This document shows positions 11,963-25,278 of a stretch of 64,000 nt of DNA, one piece after another. The position numbers were made by a program, and so were the translations under genes. Source of the stretch: Octopus sinensis. Taxonomy: Eukaryota. Position 1 is the first letter of the stretch. Each line of letters starts with the position of its first letter. Location of the stretch: assembly GCF_006345805.1 (NCBI RefSeq), contig NC_043006.1:14322001-14386000 (forward strand), written 5' to 3'. The notes under the pieces are model-generated. The model was not told the origin of the DNA. It saw nothing but the letters and a program-made list of their open reading frames with translations, and ran no database searches.

Positions 11963-12551
11963 CCCTTTCATTACCAACCTGGCTGAAACCGCCTATGGCT
12001 CTGTAGTACAAATGTCTTGTTTTCAAAAGTTTTGAATTAAAATCTTCCACCAAACCTTAGTCACAATTAATGTTCCTAACACTATCTTACTCTTTACTTG
12101 TTTCAGTCATTTGACTGCGGCCATGCTGGAGCACCGCCTTTAGTCGAGCAAATCGACCCCGGGACTTATTCTTTGTAAGCCCAATACCTATTCTATCGGT
12201 CCCTTTTGCCGAACCGCTAAGTGACGGGGACGCAAACACACCAGCATCGGTTGTCAAGCAATGCTAGGGGGACAAACACAGACACACAAACACACATATA
12301 TTTATATACATATATACGACGGGCTTCTTTCAGTTTCCGTCTACCAAATCCACTCACAAGGTATTGGTGGGCCCGGGGCTATAGTAGAAGACACTTGCCT
12401 AAGATGGCACGCAGTGGGACTGAACCCGGAACCATGTGGTTGGTTAGCAAGCTACTTATGATAAAGAAGTTATTTTACTAAATTCTTTGTTATATTTAAA
12501 GTAACTGAAAGAAACACAGAGCATCTCAAAATAAATACAGTAACAAAAGGG
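11963..12551. mobile_element. piggyBac-type MITE (same family, reversed), interrupted by a family-A SINE (about 12087-12458)
   Basis: TTAA|CCCTTTCATTAC ... GTAACAAAAGGG|TTAA. Internal sequence is the reverse complement of 17953-18172. Confidence 0.85.
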
Positions 12552-12557
12552 TTAAAC

Positions 12558-12745
12558 CAGTGCTCCGCAACTAGTATACCATGGCACACTGGTGTGCCAC
12601 GAGACGATGCTAGGTGTGTCACAGTGTAACCTGAATATAATTTTTTCCCCCTATACTTTCAGTTATATCTTTTAGCTCAGGTGTGGCGCCGAATTTTGAA
12701 AAGAACATAAATGTACCGCGAGTGAAAAAAGGTTGCGAAGCACTG
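12558..12745. mobile_element. hAT-type MITE
   Basis: TIRs CAGTGCTCCGCAAC / GTTGCGAAGCACTG. 8-bp TSD GTTTAAAC; the left copy is split by the piggyBac MITE. Confidence 0.8.
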
Positions 12746-15700
12746 GTTTAAACAGAGACCCACCCTAGCTCAAAATAAATATCTACTTCAGTGCCACTGT
12801 TGTTCTATATTGAAGCCCCACGAAGTACTCCCCGCCTCCAGCTGTACCAGTAATTATATAACGGAGCAATGTTTATGTGGGCAGGCATATGTATACACTC
12901 ATACATAATATATGTTATTTACCTATACATATGTGTGCGCTTGTAAAATCCACATGTCTCTATGTACAAGAGTTAGCGACGTAATTCATCGATAATCCGG
13001 TACTTACGGTTTCTATACCGAAGGATCGCCTGTAAAAGAAACGTCTAGAGTACTTCAGTCGCTTCCCGCTGACCAATGCCACTCACGTGAAACTTGTTTC
13101 CACCAACAAGATGGTCCTTATGTGGCCAACGGCCGACCAGAGCAGCTAAATCTCCCTCAAATAATACCCCTACATAAACGAAGGCTCACACATTGAACGA
13201 TGTGCATAAAAAGACGGAATGGTCACGGCTGGAAAACTTTTTTTTTACCATAGGCCTGCTCAATTATGAATGATGTGTGACCTAAACAAGAAGTTATGTT
13301 TCACAACATTAAACAAACAAAAACAAGGCGGTTCGTTTTTCCTAAACTTTAACAAATGTTATATATATATAAACAGGAAATAATCGCTGACAACTAAAAT
13401 TCAAAGCCGACATTGACTTGATATGAAGCAATGTCGTCGTTCATCGCAAGCAGGAAGAGAAATAGAGAAAAAATGTAAAATAAAATTGCAGAACACATGT
13501 TTGAACTCACGTGGAGAAAACGTAGATTTCAAATGGGAACCTTTTGTTGGTAGGGAATAAAAGTGAGAGTCACCGAGTGTGGGAAACCGGTGTCGACCAC
13601 GAATTGTTTCCTTTGGTTAAAAGGCTTTTCAATTGAAAAATAAATTGATACAAGGAATATTGCTCTGATTGAGCAGATCAATAAGCGAAGATATTTTAGC
13701 CGTGACCTTCCGTCTTTCTCTTTTTTTTTTTTTTCCTTCAGACAATATGTCGTATCAAGGATTACATTAACTAATGTATCTATCCTTTAAGGCAGGCCAG
13801 AGGAATAAGAGACACTTATTCCATCATAAAGTAAATGGAAAAAAAATTAATAAATGGCGAATATAAAAGAGAATTTTGATAGGCTTGGTGGGGCGATCCT
13901 TCGGTATAAGTACACACGTGGCTTTGTTTACATTTCTGAAGATAACAGAAACCCTTTTCTCCCACCCTTAACCCTAACCCCCCCCCCCATATATATAAAA
14001 AAAAACACTTTCTTGAAATGTATCCGGTACTTATACCGAAGTTACGCCCTTGGTGGGAATGTCTATGACCTGGCTTCCTTTTTCTACAAAAAAAAAGCAT
14101 CTTAATAATCAAGACAATTTTTTTATTTTTCAACAAAAATAGCAAAGAGAAATAACTCAAAGTAATTAGTGTCATGGATATGGACAATAAAGATTAATAA
14201 AGGTATATTAAATACCATAAATGGTAAAGTCTTGGTTTATTGAAATTTCCTTCCCTTCAAGATTTAATTGTGGCCAACTCTGAATGGGAATAAGAGATTG
14301 AAACTCTGACGTCTGGCAGCTGACTTGGCAGACACCCATAAAATTATTAACCATCTTACAAACAATAACTCTGAACACCTTTTCAAACTCCACCTGTCTA
14401 ACACCCGTGGACATGTTTACAAAGTCAGAAAACAGCACAGCTCCCATGACTTTCGGAAACATTTTTTCACGCTAAGAGTTGCTGAAGTATGGAACAAACT
14501 GCTGGCATCAGTTGTTGGTTGTCAGAGCACTGCATCCTTCAAAACTTCCATGCTTCCTGAGATTCGCCAACACTACACCTGATTTTCTCCCCTCCATACA
14601 CACGCAAGCATGTATCTGACTCATACACTGTTCACTTCCCAGACATTTGTACATTACTGCATATGCTTTATATGCACTTTTGACAAGTTGTGGTGCATCT
14701 GAGCACTGTATACAATAATTTCATTATTATTTATTTTGTGGTGATGCTGTTGTGTAAGGTTCAGCGCGCATGCGCAGAATGGGACTACTTCCGGGTGGCC
14801 ACCGGAAGTCTTCCCCATGCGCATGTGCAGGAAACTGACCCCTAAAACACGGTCCACTCACTCAGTCTCTCTGGCCCCAACAGCCCTCGTGAACAGACGT
14901 GCATTTGGTAGTCTCTGAGAACTACGCACCGACTTAGCAGCGGACCACATCGAATCACTTCGATCAACCAACAAGAAGCAGTACAACAGATTTGGCTGTC
15001 GGTCCCCCTCAGAAATACGCACACCAGATCAACACCATCACGAGTAATAAAACAACATTTGCTGTCTTTCCCAGATAACCTGACTTCGTCTGTTATATTT
15101 AACTAAATTGTATGTGACGGGATCGGATCGGACACCCCTTCAGTGATGCCAATTCCAGATCCTGTTACAATTTTATAACCTCAAGAATAAAGAATTTCCT
15201 GAAATTAACATGCTGTTGAAGAAACAATTGTCTGTCAGGAAACTGGAGAACAGTATTCAAAGGTCTACACTGGAAGAGATTATGATGAAGAACTGTGTGT
15301 TCCATCCCATGTAGTTGTGACAGTGAAATTAAAGGTGAGATAAGCTATCACCAAAAAGTGTAATGGGAAACTTAACCACAATCTAACGCATCAATCTCTT
15401 GATTTACTTATAGTAGACCACAGCATCTCCAATTTATGTTTGTTTTTTTTATATATATTTTATCTACATTAGAGACAAGAAAACTTTCTTTGTGTATCTT
15501 CCAACAATTGGAAAGTTCAGCTTGACCTTCCCTGACTTCTGTCTTGTAACAAGATGAAAGGTCTGTAACACTTGAGGGATGCCGGTCTCATCCCTTACAT
15601 TAAATTATTTGTCGAAGGAAAACCAAGACTTTGAATATCTTCAACAACATAAATATTTTATTTTCTAGATTTGCAATAATATATATACATATATTTCCTT

Positions 15701-17952
15701 CGGGGAAAACCGGTAGCCATGGAGCTAGTCGCTGTGGTTAAATGGGCTGAACCAAATACTGTTTCGTTCCAGCGTAGTGTAGCTTCGCCACGAGGTGGCA
15801 GCTTGGTAGAGCTGTGAGGACGCATCCGTTCAATTCAGTGTCAGCTTCGAGAGAGAGATCAATACATGGGAAGTTTTGCTGCTGGTAGTTCACTGTGCAT
15901 GCGCATGAGGGAACTTCCGGCAGCCTCCCAGAAGAAATCCAGCTCTGTGCATGCATGCTGAAGACTTCCAAAATGACGTCACTACAGTCTCATAGCTCAT
16001 CCGCTTAACTTCCCAATATGAGGCAAAGAAGGGTCATTCTAGCCAGTTATATTGAACTTTTTGATATAGATGAAGACCTCATTTTAGCTCTCAGAACTTT
16101 CAGCTGAATGGACCAAAGTTAAAAACTAGGCTTTCCTTAACGTCAACATAAGAGAACTAATTAGTTCAGTCTTGTTGAAGGAAGAACAATGTAATAATAA
16201 GCGTGGTGTTGAGGGAGTGAGTTACACAATATGGGTAGTGGAAGGAGGAGTACCTAAGTGGAGATGATACAAAACCAGGCAACACCAAGGAGCAGAGAGC
16301 TAGAGTGGTATCAGTTGAAAGGCGGTGAGCTGGCAGAATCGTTAGCATGCCGGGTGAAATGCGTAGCCATATTTTGTCTGCCGTTATGTTCTGAGTTCAA
16401 ATTCCGCCAAGGTCGACTTTGCTTTTCGTCCTTTCGGGGTCGATAAATTAAGTACCAATCACGCATTGGGGTTGATGTAATCGACTTAATCTGTTTGTCT
16501 GTCCTTGTTTGTCCCCTCTGTGTTTAGTCCCTTGTGGGTAGTAAAGAAATAGGTATTTCATCTGCTGCTACGTTCTGAGTTCAAATTCCGCCGAGGTCGA
16601 CTTTGCCTTTCATCCTTTCGGGGTTGATTAAATAAGTACAGTTACGCACTGGGGTCTATGTAATCGACTTAATACGTTTGTCTGTCCTTGTTTGTTCCCT
16701 CTGTGTTTAACCCCTTGTGGGTAGTAAAGAAATAGGTATCAGTTCAAAAGGAAGAGAGGAGAGAACTTATCTAACAGCTTAGAGTTAGCACTTGCTGGAG
16801 GTTAGACTTTTTTCTGACCCTGAAGAGATGAGTCAGTCATTATTGTACAGTTATTGCTACCTCAAAGATGTATGATTGCTCAGAGAGATCATGAGCTAAG
16901 GTGATGCCCACCATTTGTAGCAACACTGAGGGTTGTAGTTACATACTGTTTATGTTTAGGTGAAAATGAACAATGTGGCTATGTGGTAAGTAGCTTGCTT
17001 ACGAACCACATGGTTCCAGGTTCAGTCCCACTGCATGGCACCTTAGTGTCTTCTACTATAGCCTCAGGCCGACCAAAGCCTTGTGAGTGGATTTGGTAGA
17101 CAGAAACTGAAAGAAGCCCATCTTATATATATGTGTGTGCGTATATGTTGTGTATCTGTGTTGGCCTCCTTGACAACCGATGCTGGTGTGTTTACGTCCC
17201 CATAACTTAGTGGTTCGGCAAAAGAGATTGATAGAATAAGTACTAGGCTTACAAAGAATAAGTCCTGGGGTTACTTTGCTCGACTAAAGACAGTGCTCCA
17301 GCATGGCCACAGTCAAATGACTGAAACAAGTAAAAGAATAAAGGAATAATAATAACTGTATGTTGCTGTTAAAGGATACAAAATTTGTTGTAGGTTGTTT
17401 TCAAGGTCTCTGTTCAAGAAATTAGCGTTGGTCTGGCAGGAGATGCTCAGCTTACATGCAGATGATGCTTGGGTGTGGAAGGTCAAGAATGAATGAAGAG
17501 TAGGGTGGTATCATCTGCATAAGGCGGCTAGCTGGCAGAAACGTTAGCACACCGGGCGAAACGCTAAGCAGTATTTTGTCTGTCGTTACGTTGTGAGTTC
17601 AAATTCAACCGAGGTTGACTTTGCCTTTCATCCTTTCGGGGTCGATAAATTAAGTACCAGTTCCGCACTGGGATCGATGTAATCGACTTAATACCTAGGT
17701 CTGTCCTTGTTTGTCCCCTCTATGTTTAGCCCCTTGTGGGTAATAAAGAAATAGGTATCATCTGCATAGGAGTCTGCATTAAAGGAGATGCTATAGGAAG
17801 AAAGGTGTGGGAGAAAAAAAAAAATCAGACCTTGGAAAACAAGTTGATAGAGTGATGGTCAGTAAGTGTTTTATCAGGACACAACATGATCTAACAGTAA
17901 GTCACTTATCCAAGAGATGAAAGACAACAGAGTACAAAGGTGGATAGATTAA

Positions 17953-18172
17953 CCCTTTCGTTACTGTATTTATTTTGAGATGCTCTATGTTTCTTTCAAT
18001 TACTTTAAATATAACAAAGAATTTAGTAAAATAACTTAGTTATCATTCAGCTAGTGTTAAGACCATAAATTGTGACTAAAGTTTGGTGGAAGATTTTAAT
18101 TCAAAACTTATGAAAACAAGACATTTGTACTCAGAACCAGAGCCGGTTTCAGCCAGGTTGGTAACGAAAGCG
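17953..18172. mobile_element. piggyBac-type MITE
   Basis: TTAA|CCCTTTCGTTAC ... GTAACGAAAGCG|TTAA. Confidence 0.85.
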
Positions 18173-19104
18173 TTAACAAGAAGTTCACATGCCAAACATG
18201 GTCAAATGCCAACCACTCCAAGAGTGTAGTGGCATAAGGGCCAGTTAGGCAGTACTGGCAATGGCCATGCTCAAATGGTGTTTTTTACGTGCCACCTGCA
18301 CAGGAGCAAACGACCTCAAATGTTGCTTTTCATGTGCCAGTAAGGTGACATTGGTAACGATCATGCTCAAATGGTGCTTCTATTTTGTTGTTCACCCATT
18401 AACTTATGTAGGTTGAACTGTGTAAAATGTTAGAGAAAGAAACCTAGCTGTTTCTTGTAATACATACAACTAAAACAAAATTTTTTCAGGAACCCTTAAA
18501 ATACTGTTCTGGATCCCCAATTTATTATTTTGCTGTGTGAACCCCCAACAATCTTATATGGACCCATGTTGAGAACCACTGCTCTACATGACTTCCTTTC
18601 TATCCCAAGTAACTATATCAGGCCTGTTACGTTTGCTCTTGGTAGAAGTTTTGATGGCACCCAGAAATATTTGCTGCTCTATTTTTGTCACAGAAATATG
18701 TTAAAATGCCTAAGTTAACACTGTGTAATGATTCCTGTCTCTAAAGAATCTGATACATCTTTGTGTGTTGAGCAGGGATGTTAGGTACCATCGGTAATGT
18801 GATAGGAAACATTAACCATTTACAACTAATTTAAGGATCTTGTTAGCAAATCATTTCAAAATGACATTGTGACCTTTTCCAAACAACCTGCTCTGGTTTC
18901 TGATTAAGCAACTACTAGTTCACAACATTTGCCATTAACCCTTTGCTTGTCATAGACCATATATCCCCACCCCTCATACCCTATATTATAATTACTGCAA
19001 TGTCTTCTTTTCAGTAGCAAAGTATTATTGTAGAACAGATTCAAACATAATCCTAATAACAACAATTATAAATATTTCATTTTTGGATTTGGTTTGTAAG
19101 ATTC

Positions 19105-19425
19105 TTTATATGAGTTCGTGTGTTGAAGCATATTCTATTGTGTCTGGGGCGAGTCATTTTCTTTTTGTGCCTTATTATGTAACACACTGGTAAAATTTCC
19201 ACTTTTTTCTTATTTTTATTTTCCTAAAATTTTCGTTGCATCTTGCAACCTTTTCAATAATCAAGACTATTGAAAAGGTTGCAGATGCAACGAAAATTTT
19301 AGGAAAATAAAAATAAGGAATAAGTGGAAATTTTACCGATGAGTGTGTTAAATTATAAAGCACAAAAGGAAAATTACTCTCCCCAGACACAAGAGAATAT
19401 GCTTCAACACACGAACTCATATAAA
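19105..19425. repeat. 321-bp fold-back palindrome (MITE-like)
   Basis: About 155-bp arms around an 8-nt loop at 19260-19267. Partial relative at about 30760-30900. Confidence 0.9.
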
Positions 19426-19552
19426 TTGTCACTGTTCTAATAAAGATCAGACTGATCTTCACATTGCATTCCATATTGTCTTCTCTGCATTTTTTTGAAA
19501 CACAATAAGTCCTCAAGATCAGCAGTTCTCAAACTGACAAATATCAGCTTAC

Positions 19553-19714
19553 CTGCATAAAATATTAGTTAAGCATTTTAGGTTTTTCCCTCCTTACTAA
19601 AGACCAGACAAAACAGAGTTTGCATCCATATAGCTCTTCGTTTTCACTAAGGTATGGGATAAGCTTAAAATGGCAATTTGTCTGCTCTACTTTTCAATCC
19701 TCACAGTCTCACTT
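19553..19714 (-). other. Candidate non-coding or alternative POP1 5'UTR exon
   Basis: Strong acceptor (ttcctattttttgtag|) and donor (CAG|gtaagc), 162 bp, stops in all three frames, several short uORFs. No transcript evidence. Confidence 0.3.
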
Positions 19715-20244
19715 CTACAAAAAATAGGAATCTAGATAATGACTCTTCTTATCTATAAGAGTGCATGTACTTTTGAATACTGTAAAAGTACATGTATAAT
19801 ATGCCATCGTATTTCGATTTTAGGGCCTTGAATTGCCTTAAAAACTTATAGCATGCAGTGTTGCATAAATGTTACTAGAGTAAACAATTCACAGTAATGC
19901 CATATTTTTGATACTCTTTGTTAATTTATTTTTTATAAAATATATTGATATATATAATTAACAAAAATGGTCTAAAAAAACAAGGCTTTATTATGTTACT
20001 GAGTTTTTGTCATAAAAACAGGTGGAGGAAAAAACTTTGCAGTTAAATACCATATATCATATGTACCCCTAACTTTATGACTCAATGGGTATCTTTAGTG
20101 AAATGAGGTACTATGCATCAAGAACTCGTCTTCTAGGACCAGACCATCAACTGAGAGTTTTATTGCAACATTTTGAAGTGTTTGAAGGGGGGCATTCAGT
20201 GAAAGCAACTGGATCGTGTGCAGTATATATAGTGGTATGTAATG

Positions 20245-20276
<32 letters not shown>

Positions 20277-20577
20277 GTAGGTGCAATGGCCCAGTGGTTA
20301 GGGCAGCAGACTAGCGGTCGTAGGATTGCGGTTTCGATTCCCAGACCGGGCGTTGTGAGTGTTTATTGAGCGAAAACACCTAAAGCTCCACGCGGCTCCG
20401 GCAGGGGGTGGTGGCGATCCCTGCTGAACTCTTTCGCCACAACTTTCTCTCACTCTTTCTTCTGTTGGCCTGCTAGTTTAGCCAGCGGAGTGGTGTCATT
20501 TGAAAGCTAAAACAATGCAAAGCACATTGTGACCAGCGATGTGTAGCAACATCTGATAGCCCGGTCGGTCACGTGAT

Positions 20578-20599
<22 letters not shown>

Positions 20600-20608
<9 letters not shown>

Positions 20609-20967
20609 CTTTATTTAAAGCAGCAGAAAATTCAACAAAACCTGTTACTCTGAGTTTCACGTTGCCGTTCGTCAGACAGTTTTTGCTTGCAAAGTGAAAC
20701 TCAGCATAACAGGTTTTGTTGAATTTTCTGCTGCTTATAAAAAAGCATATTACTCTACCACTGGTATTTGAGTACTCTTTTTCCCACCTTGTTTCACATT
20801 TATGTGTTTACTCCGGTATATATATATTAGATCGAAAATCCACCTGAAGATTGTCGGTAGCAGACATGAAACATTTGTAGTGGCGGTTTATTTCATTTAT
20901 ATTAAAATTTTATGTATTGATTAAGTCTTTCCTTGTTTGGTTTTAAAATAGTGGTTTTGTCTCGAAT

Positions 20968-20990
<23 letters not shown>
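20600..20990. mobile_element. Penelope-like element remnant between (TA)n tracts, with an inverted terminal segment and hammerhead motifs
   Basis: 43-bp inverted arms at 20618-20660 and 20694-20736. Hammerhead cores at 20637-20684 (-) and 20840-20883 (+). Confidence 0.55.
20637..20684 (-). ncRNA. Minimal type I hammerhead ribozyme motif
   Basis: AAAAACUGU-CUGACGA-ACG(GCAA)CGU-GAAAC-UCAGA-GUA/ACAGGUUUU: complete core, three stems, GUA cleavage triplet. Confidence 0.75.
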
Positions 20991-21003
<13 letters not shown>

Positions 21004-21976
21004 AACAGGTGAGGATTGGCAACAGGAAAGGCACATGGCTGCAGAAAATCCACTTCTGTCCAACCCATGCAAGCATGGAAAAGTTGATGTTAAAACAATG
21101 ATGGTGATGATGATGGTGGTGGTGGTAAATGTATGTATGTATGCATGTTTGTATGCGTGTATGTATATGCATATAATTTTGTTTTCTAGAACGTAACAGT
21201 AGTTTTGGAAAATTCATGGTGCCCTGGCAGTTAACCACATACTAGGTCACAATAAGTGGTTCGTGCAGCTAATACTATGTTTGTCATTATTTCTTGCTTT
21301 CTTCTTTGCCTCCCCTTCCTCCTCCTCCTCCTCTACTTCTTCTTTTTCTTCTTTTCCCTCCTCCTCTCTAAAGAAAGGTCACAATATATCTTTTAAGTGA
21401 CACACTCAGTTTTTTCTTTTGTTTTTTTGTTGGTTTTTTTTTGTTGTCTTATTGCTGTTGTTATTTATTCAGAGGATAAGAAGTAAAACGATATTCTGTT
21501 TCTTTTCGAAACCTGATTCCAACTGATAAAGAATTCATGCAAATGTTAGGATCATTTCACAAATTGTCTGTTTTTTCCTACGACTGAAGTATTTGGGCTT
21601 ATATCACACAAATATAATTCCAATTTGAATTTCTCCTTATGCACCCAAAGGCACAGACAGGTTTGTATGGTTCAGAAGTTTGCTTCCCAACTACATGGTG
21701 CCTGGTTCTGTGCCACTGAGTGGTAGTGGAGGCGTGTGGCTTAGTGGTTACGGTGTCAGCACCATGATCGTAAGATTGTGGTTTCGATTCCTGGACCAAG
21801 CGATGCGTTGTGTTCTTGAGCAAAACACTTCATTTCATGTTGCTCCAGTCCACTCAGCTGGCAAAATTGAGTAACGCTGCAATGGACTGGCATCCCGTCC
21901 AGCTGGGGAACACATACGCTGGGAAACCGGGCCCATGAGCCAGGCTAGGCTTTAAAAGGGCACATTTATTTATGTG

Positions 21977-22230
21977 TGGAGGCACATGGCCTAGTGGTTA
22001 GAGCAGCGGATTCGTGGTCGAGAGATCGCGGGTTCGAATCTCAGATCGGGCGATGTGTGTGTTTATGAGCGAAACACCTAAGCTCCACACGGCTCCAGCA
22101 GAAGGTAATGGCAAACTTCTGCTGACTCTTTTGCCACAACTTTCTCTCACTCTTTCCTCCTGCATCTTGCAGCTCACCTGCAACGAACTGGCATCCCATC
22201 CAGGTAGGGAACCTATATGCCAATGAAACA
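21977..22230 (+). mobile_element. tRNA-derived SINE family F; full copy at 40411-40723
   Basis: GGAGGCACATGGCCTAGTGGTTAGAGC...GGGTTCGAATC head. Confidence 0.8.
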
Positions 22231-25200
22231 ATTTTTCTTTTCCTTAAATCAGAGTTTAAAATATGGGCAGTTCAAAGATTTTGCTTAAATCCCACCAAAA
22301 ATTGTAAAAGAGTGGAACGTTTAGAATTTGAGGGAGGGAGGTGGGGTTATAAAGTTTAAAAAAATTTTTTTTTTAATTGTATAAATTCCTGTGTGTAGAA
22401 TACAAATTCAAAGAAGTTTTCAGAAAATTCCTCAAAATAAGGAAGCTGTGAGGGGTTACATGGGTGCTTAACCCCAAACTCCACCCCCTTTTCTCATTCT
22501 TCAAAAAGATTTCAAGCTCTGTACCAATGTAAGAAACCATTAACTCCTTGTCATGTAGCCCCTCTACAGCAAAAAGCCTCTTCATGTAGGCTGCATGGTC
22601 ATTTCACTTGAGTGCATCATCATTCCACAAAATGTATTTATGGAGAGAAAAATATTGAAAAACATCAATACATGTCAGAGTGACAAAGAAACAAGAAAGG
22701 TATCAGGTGATCACGAGATGTGTTAAAAATAACAGCTAAATCACCTTTAAATCACCCCAAAACATTTTTTCCTTTTTTTTTTTTTTTTTTGCACTAGTGT
22801 ATGAATTCCCAGGTGTAGAACACAAATTTACAAGAATTTTCTGAAAATTCCAAAAAATAAAAACGTTATGAGGGATAAAAATAAAATGAAATAAAAAATA
22901 AAAACGTTACGAGGAATTCTTAAACCAGAATTCCACTGAAAAGAGAACAGTGATGTTCAGGTCATTCTTAAGAACAGTGTCACATGTGTCAGTTAAAATA
23001 ATAATATATAATGAAATTATTGTATACAGTGCTCAGGTGCACCACAACTTGTCAAAAGTGCATATAAAGCATATGCAGTAATGTAGAAGTGTCTGGAAAG
23101 CGAACAATGTATGAGTCAGATACATGCTTGCGTGTGTATGGAGGGGAGAAAATCAGGTGTAGTGTTAGCGAATCTCAGGAAGCATGGAAGTTTTGAAGAA
23201 TGCAGTGCTCTGACAACTAACAACTGATGCCGGCAGTTTGTTCCATACTTCAGCAACTCTTAGCGCGAAAAGATGTTTCTGAAAGTCATGGGAGTTGTGC
23301 TGTTTTCTGACTTTGTAAATATGTCCACAGGTGTTAGACAGGTGCAGTTTGAAAAAGTGTTTAAAATAGTTTCAGTCATTAATCAAACAGAACTGTAAGC
23401 TCAATTAATCAAGTTACCATCACACAAAGTCACCTATAAAAATTGCTTTGATAAGAGACAATATTAAAAGTATGAGGGCTGAGATTTAACAGTGGGAAAC
23501 CACCTGCCAATCTTCCCATATGAAATTAACCTTCCTTTCTTCTCTTTGTGTCTCAACCACCACCAGCTATTTAAGTTGATAGGGTTATCAGCTGAAGGTT
23601 CATTAGCAGTTCTTATCCACTTCCATAAAGAAAGAACACTTTAGATAATGTTGTCCCAGACATGGCCCTAAAAAACCTTGATAAGAAGTTTGCCTCACAA
23701 CCATGTGGTTTCAGGTTCAGTCCCACTGCAAGTATGTTCAACTAAAGCCCCAGGTTGAGGAAAGCTTTGTGAGCAGATTTGATGGCCCGGTACCAAAATT
23801 TCAAACCAGTATTTTAGAGATCAAGAAAAAAAAAAAAGGCACAGGAGTGGTTGTGTGGTAAGTAGCTTGCTTACCAACCACATGGTTCTGGGTTCATTCC
23901 CACTGTATGGCACCTTGGGCAAATGTCTTCTACTATAGCCTCAGGCCGACCAAAGCCTTGTGAGTGGATTTGATAGACAGAAACTGAAAGAAGCCTGTTG
24001 CATATATGTATATATATATATATATATGTGTGTGTGTTTGTCCTCCCCCACAACATTGCTTGGCAACCAATGCTGGTTGTTTACATCCCCGTAACTTAGC
24101 GGTTCAACAAAAGAGACCGATAGAATAAGTACTAGGCTTACAAAGAATAAGTCCTGGGGTCGATTTACTCGACTAAAGGCAGTGCTCCAGCATGGCCACA
24201 GTCAAATGACTGAAACAAGTAAAAGAGAAAAAAAAATAAATAAAAGAGAATACCAGTACAAAGCAGTTGTTTGACAGAATTGTTATAGGGTCAGACAAGG
24301 TGCCTTGTGACACCCATTTCAACATCGGGCATTCTGAGTACAAAATCCCAACCAAACTATTATTAGAATGGAGTAATCTCTCTCAGATGACCTAACAAAA
24401 TACTTTAAAATCATATGAGTATGATATAAGGAACATCATTGCATTGTCTAATTTAAGACAGTTGGGAGTAATAATAAAGATTTCAAATTTTTGCCACAAG
24501 AGCAGCTTGGGGGAGGTGATTGAGTCAAATACATCGACACAGTGTTTCATTGGTACTTAATTTATTGACCCCTGAAAGGACGAAAGGCAATGTCGACCTT
24601 GAGAGTAATAATAATAAGATACAAAAATGTCTTTATTAGCTTTAATTCATTTATATACTTGTGTCATATTTAAATCTTTATTAGTTTTATATGTGTGAAA
24701 TATGGGATTCAAATGTAGGCATAGGACCAGCAATTTCAAGGAAGTGGAGTAAACCAATTACATCGACCCCCAGTGCTCAACTGGTACTTATTTTATCGAC
24801 CCCAAAAGGATGAAAAGCAAAGTCAGTCTTGACAGAATTTGAACTCAGAATGTAAAGACAGACAAAAGGCAGCTAAACATTTTGCCCAGCATGTTTACGA
24901 TAGTGCCTGCTTGTGGCCTTAATATGTGAGTGAAATTTGGTTTGAAATTGTGACACAAGACCAGTGATTTTGAGGGAGTGGTTAAGTCAATTCACCACAC
25001 ACACACATGCATGCATACCATTTTATTGGCACTTATCTTATCAACCCTGAAAGGAAGAAAGGCAAAGTCAACATCGATAGAATTTGAATGCAAGGTGTAA
25101 AGAAAAACAAAATGTTGCTTAGTATTTTGCTAAGATTCTGCCTGCTTGCCGCCTTAATATGTGGGTGAAATATTATTCTTAGTTATAATGCTGTTCAGGA

Positions 25201-25278
25201 TATTCAGAATATTAAAAGGAGTTGGTTATAATTTACCTTTGACTAGTTTTATTTTTAATATTTCTAACATAACATTTG

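Noticed and set aside
13008-13029. 22-bp minus-strand microexon with AG/GT ends and a phase fitting POP1
   Set aside because: The same sequence (GCGATCCTTCGGTATA) recurs at about 13893, indicating a repeat, and exon 9349-9427 already supplies the phase-1 start.
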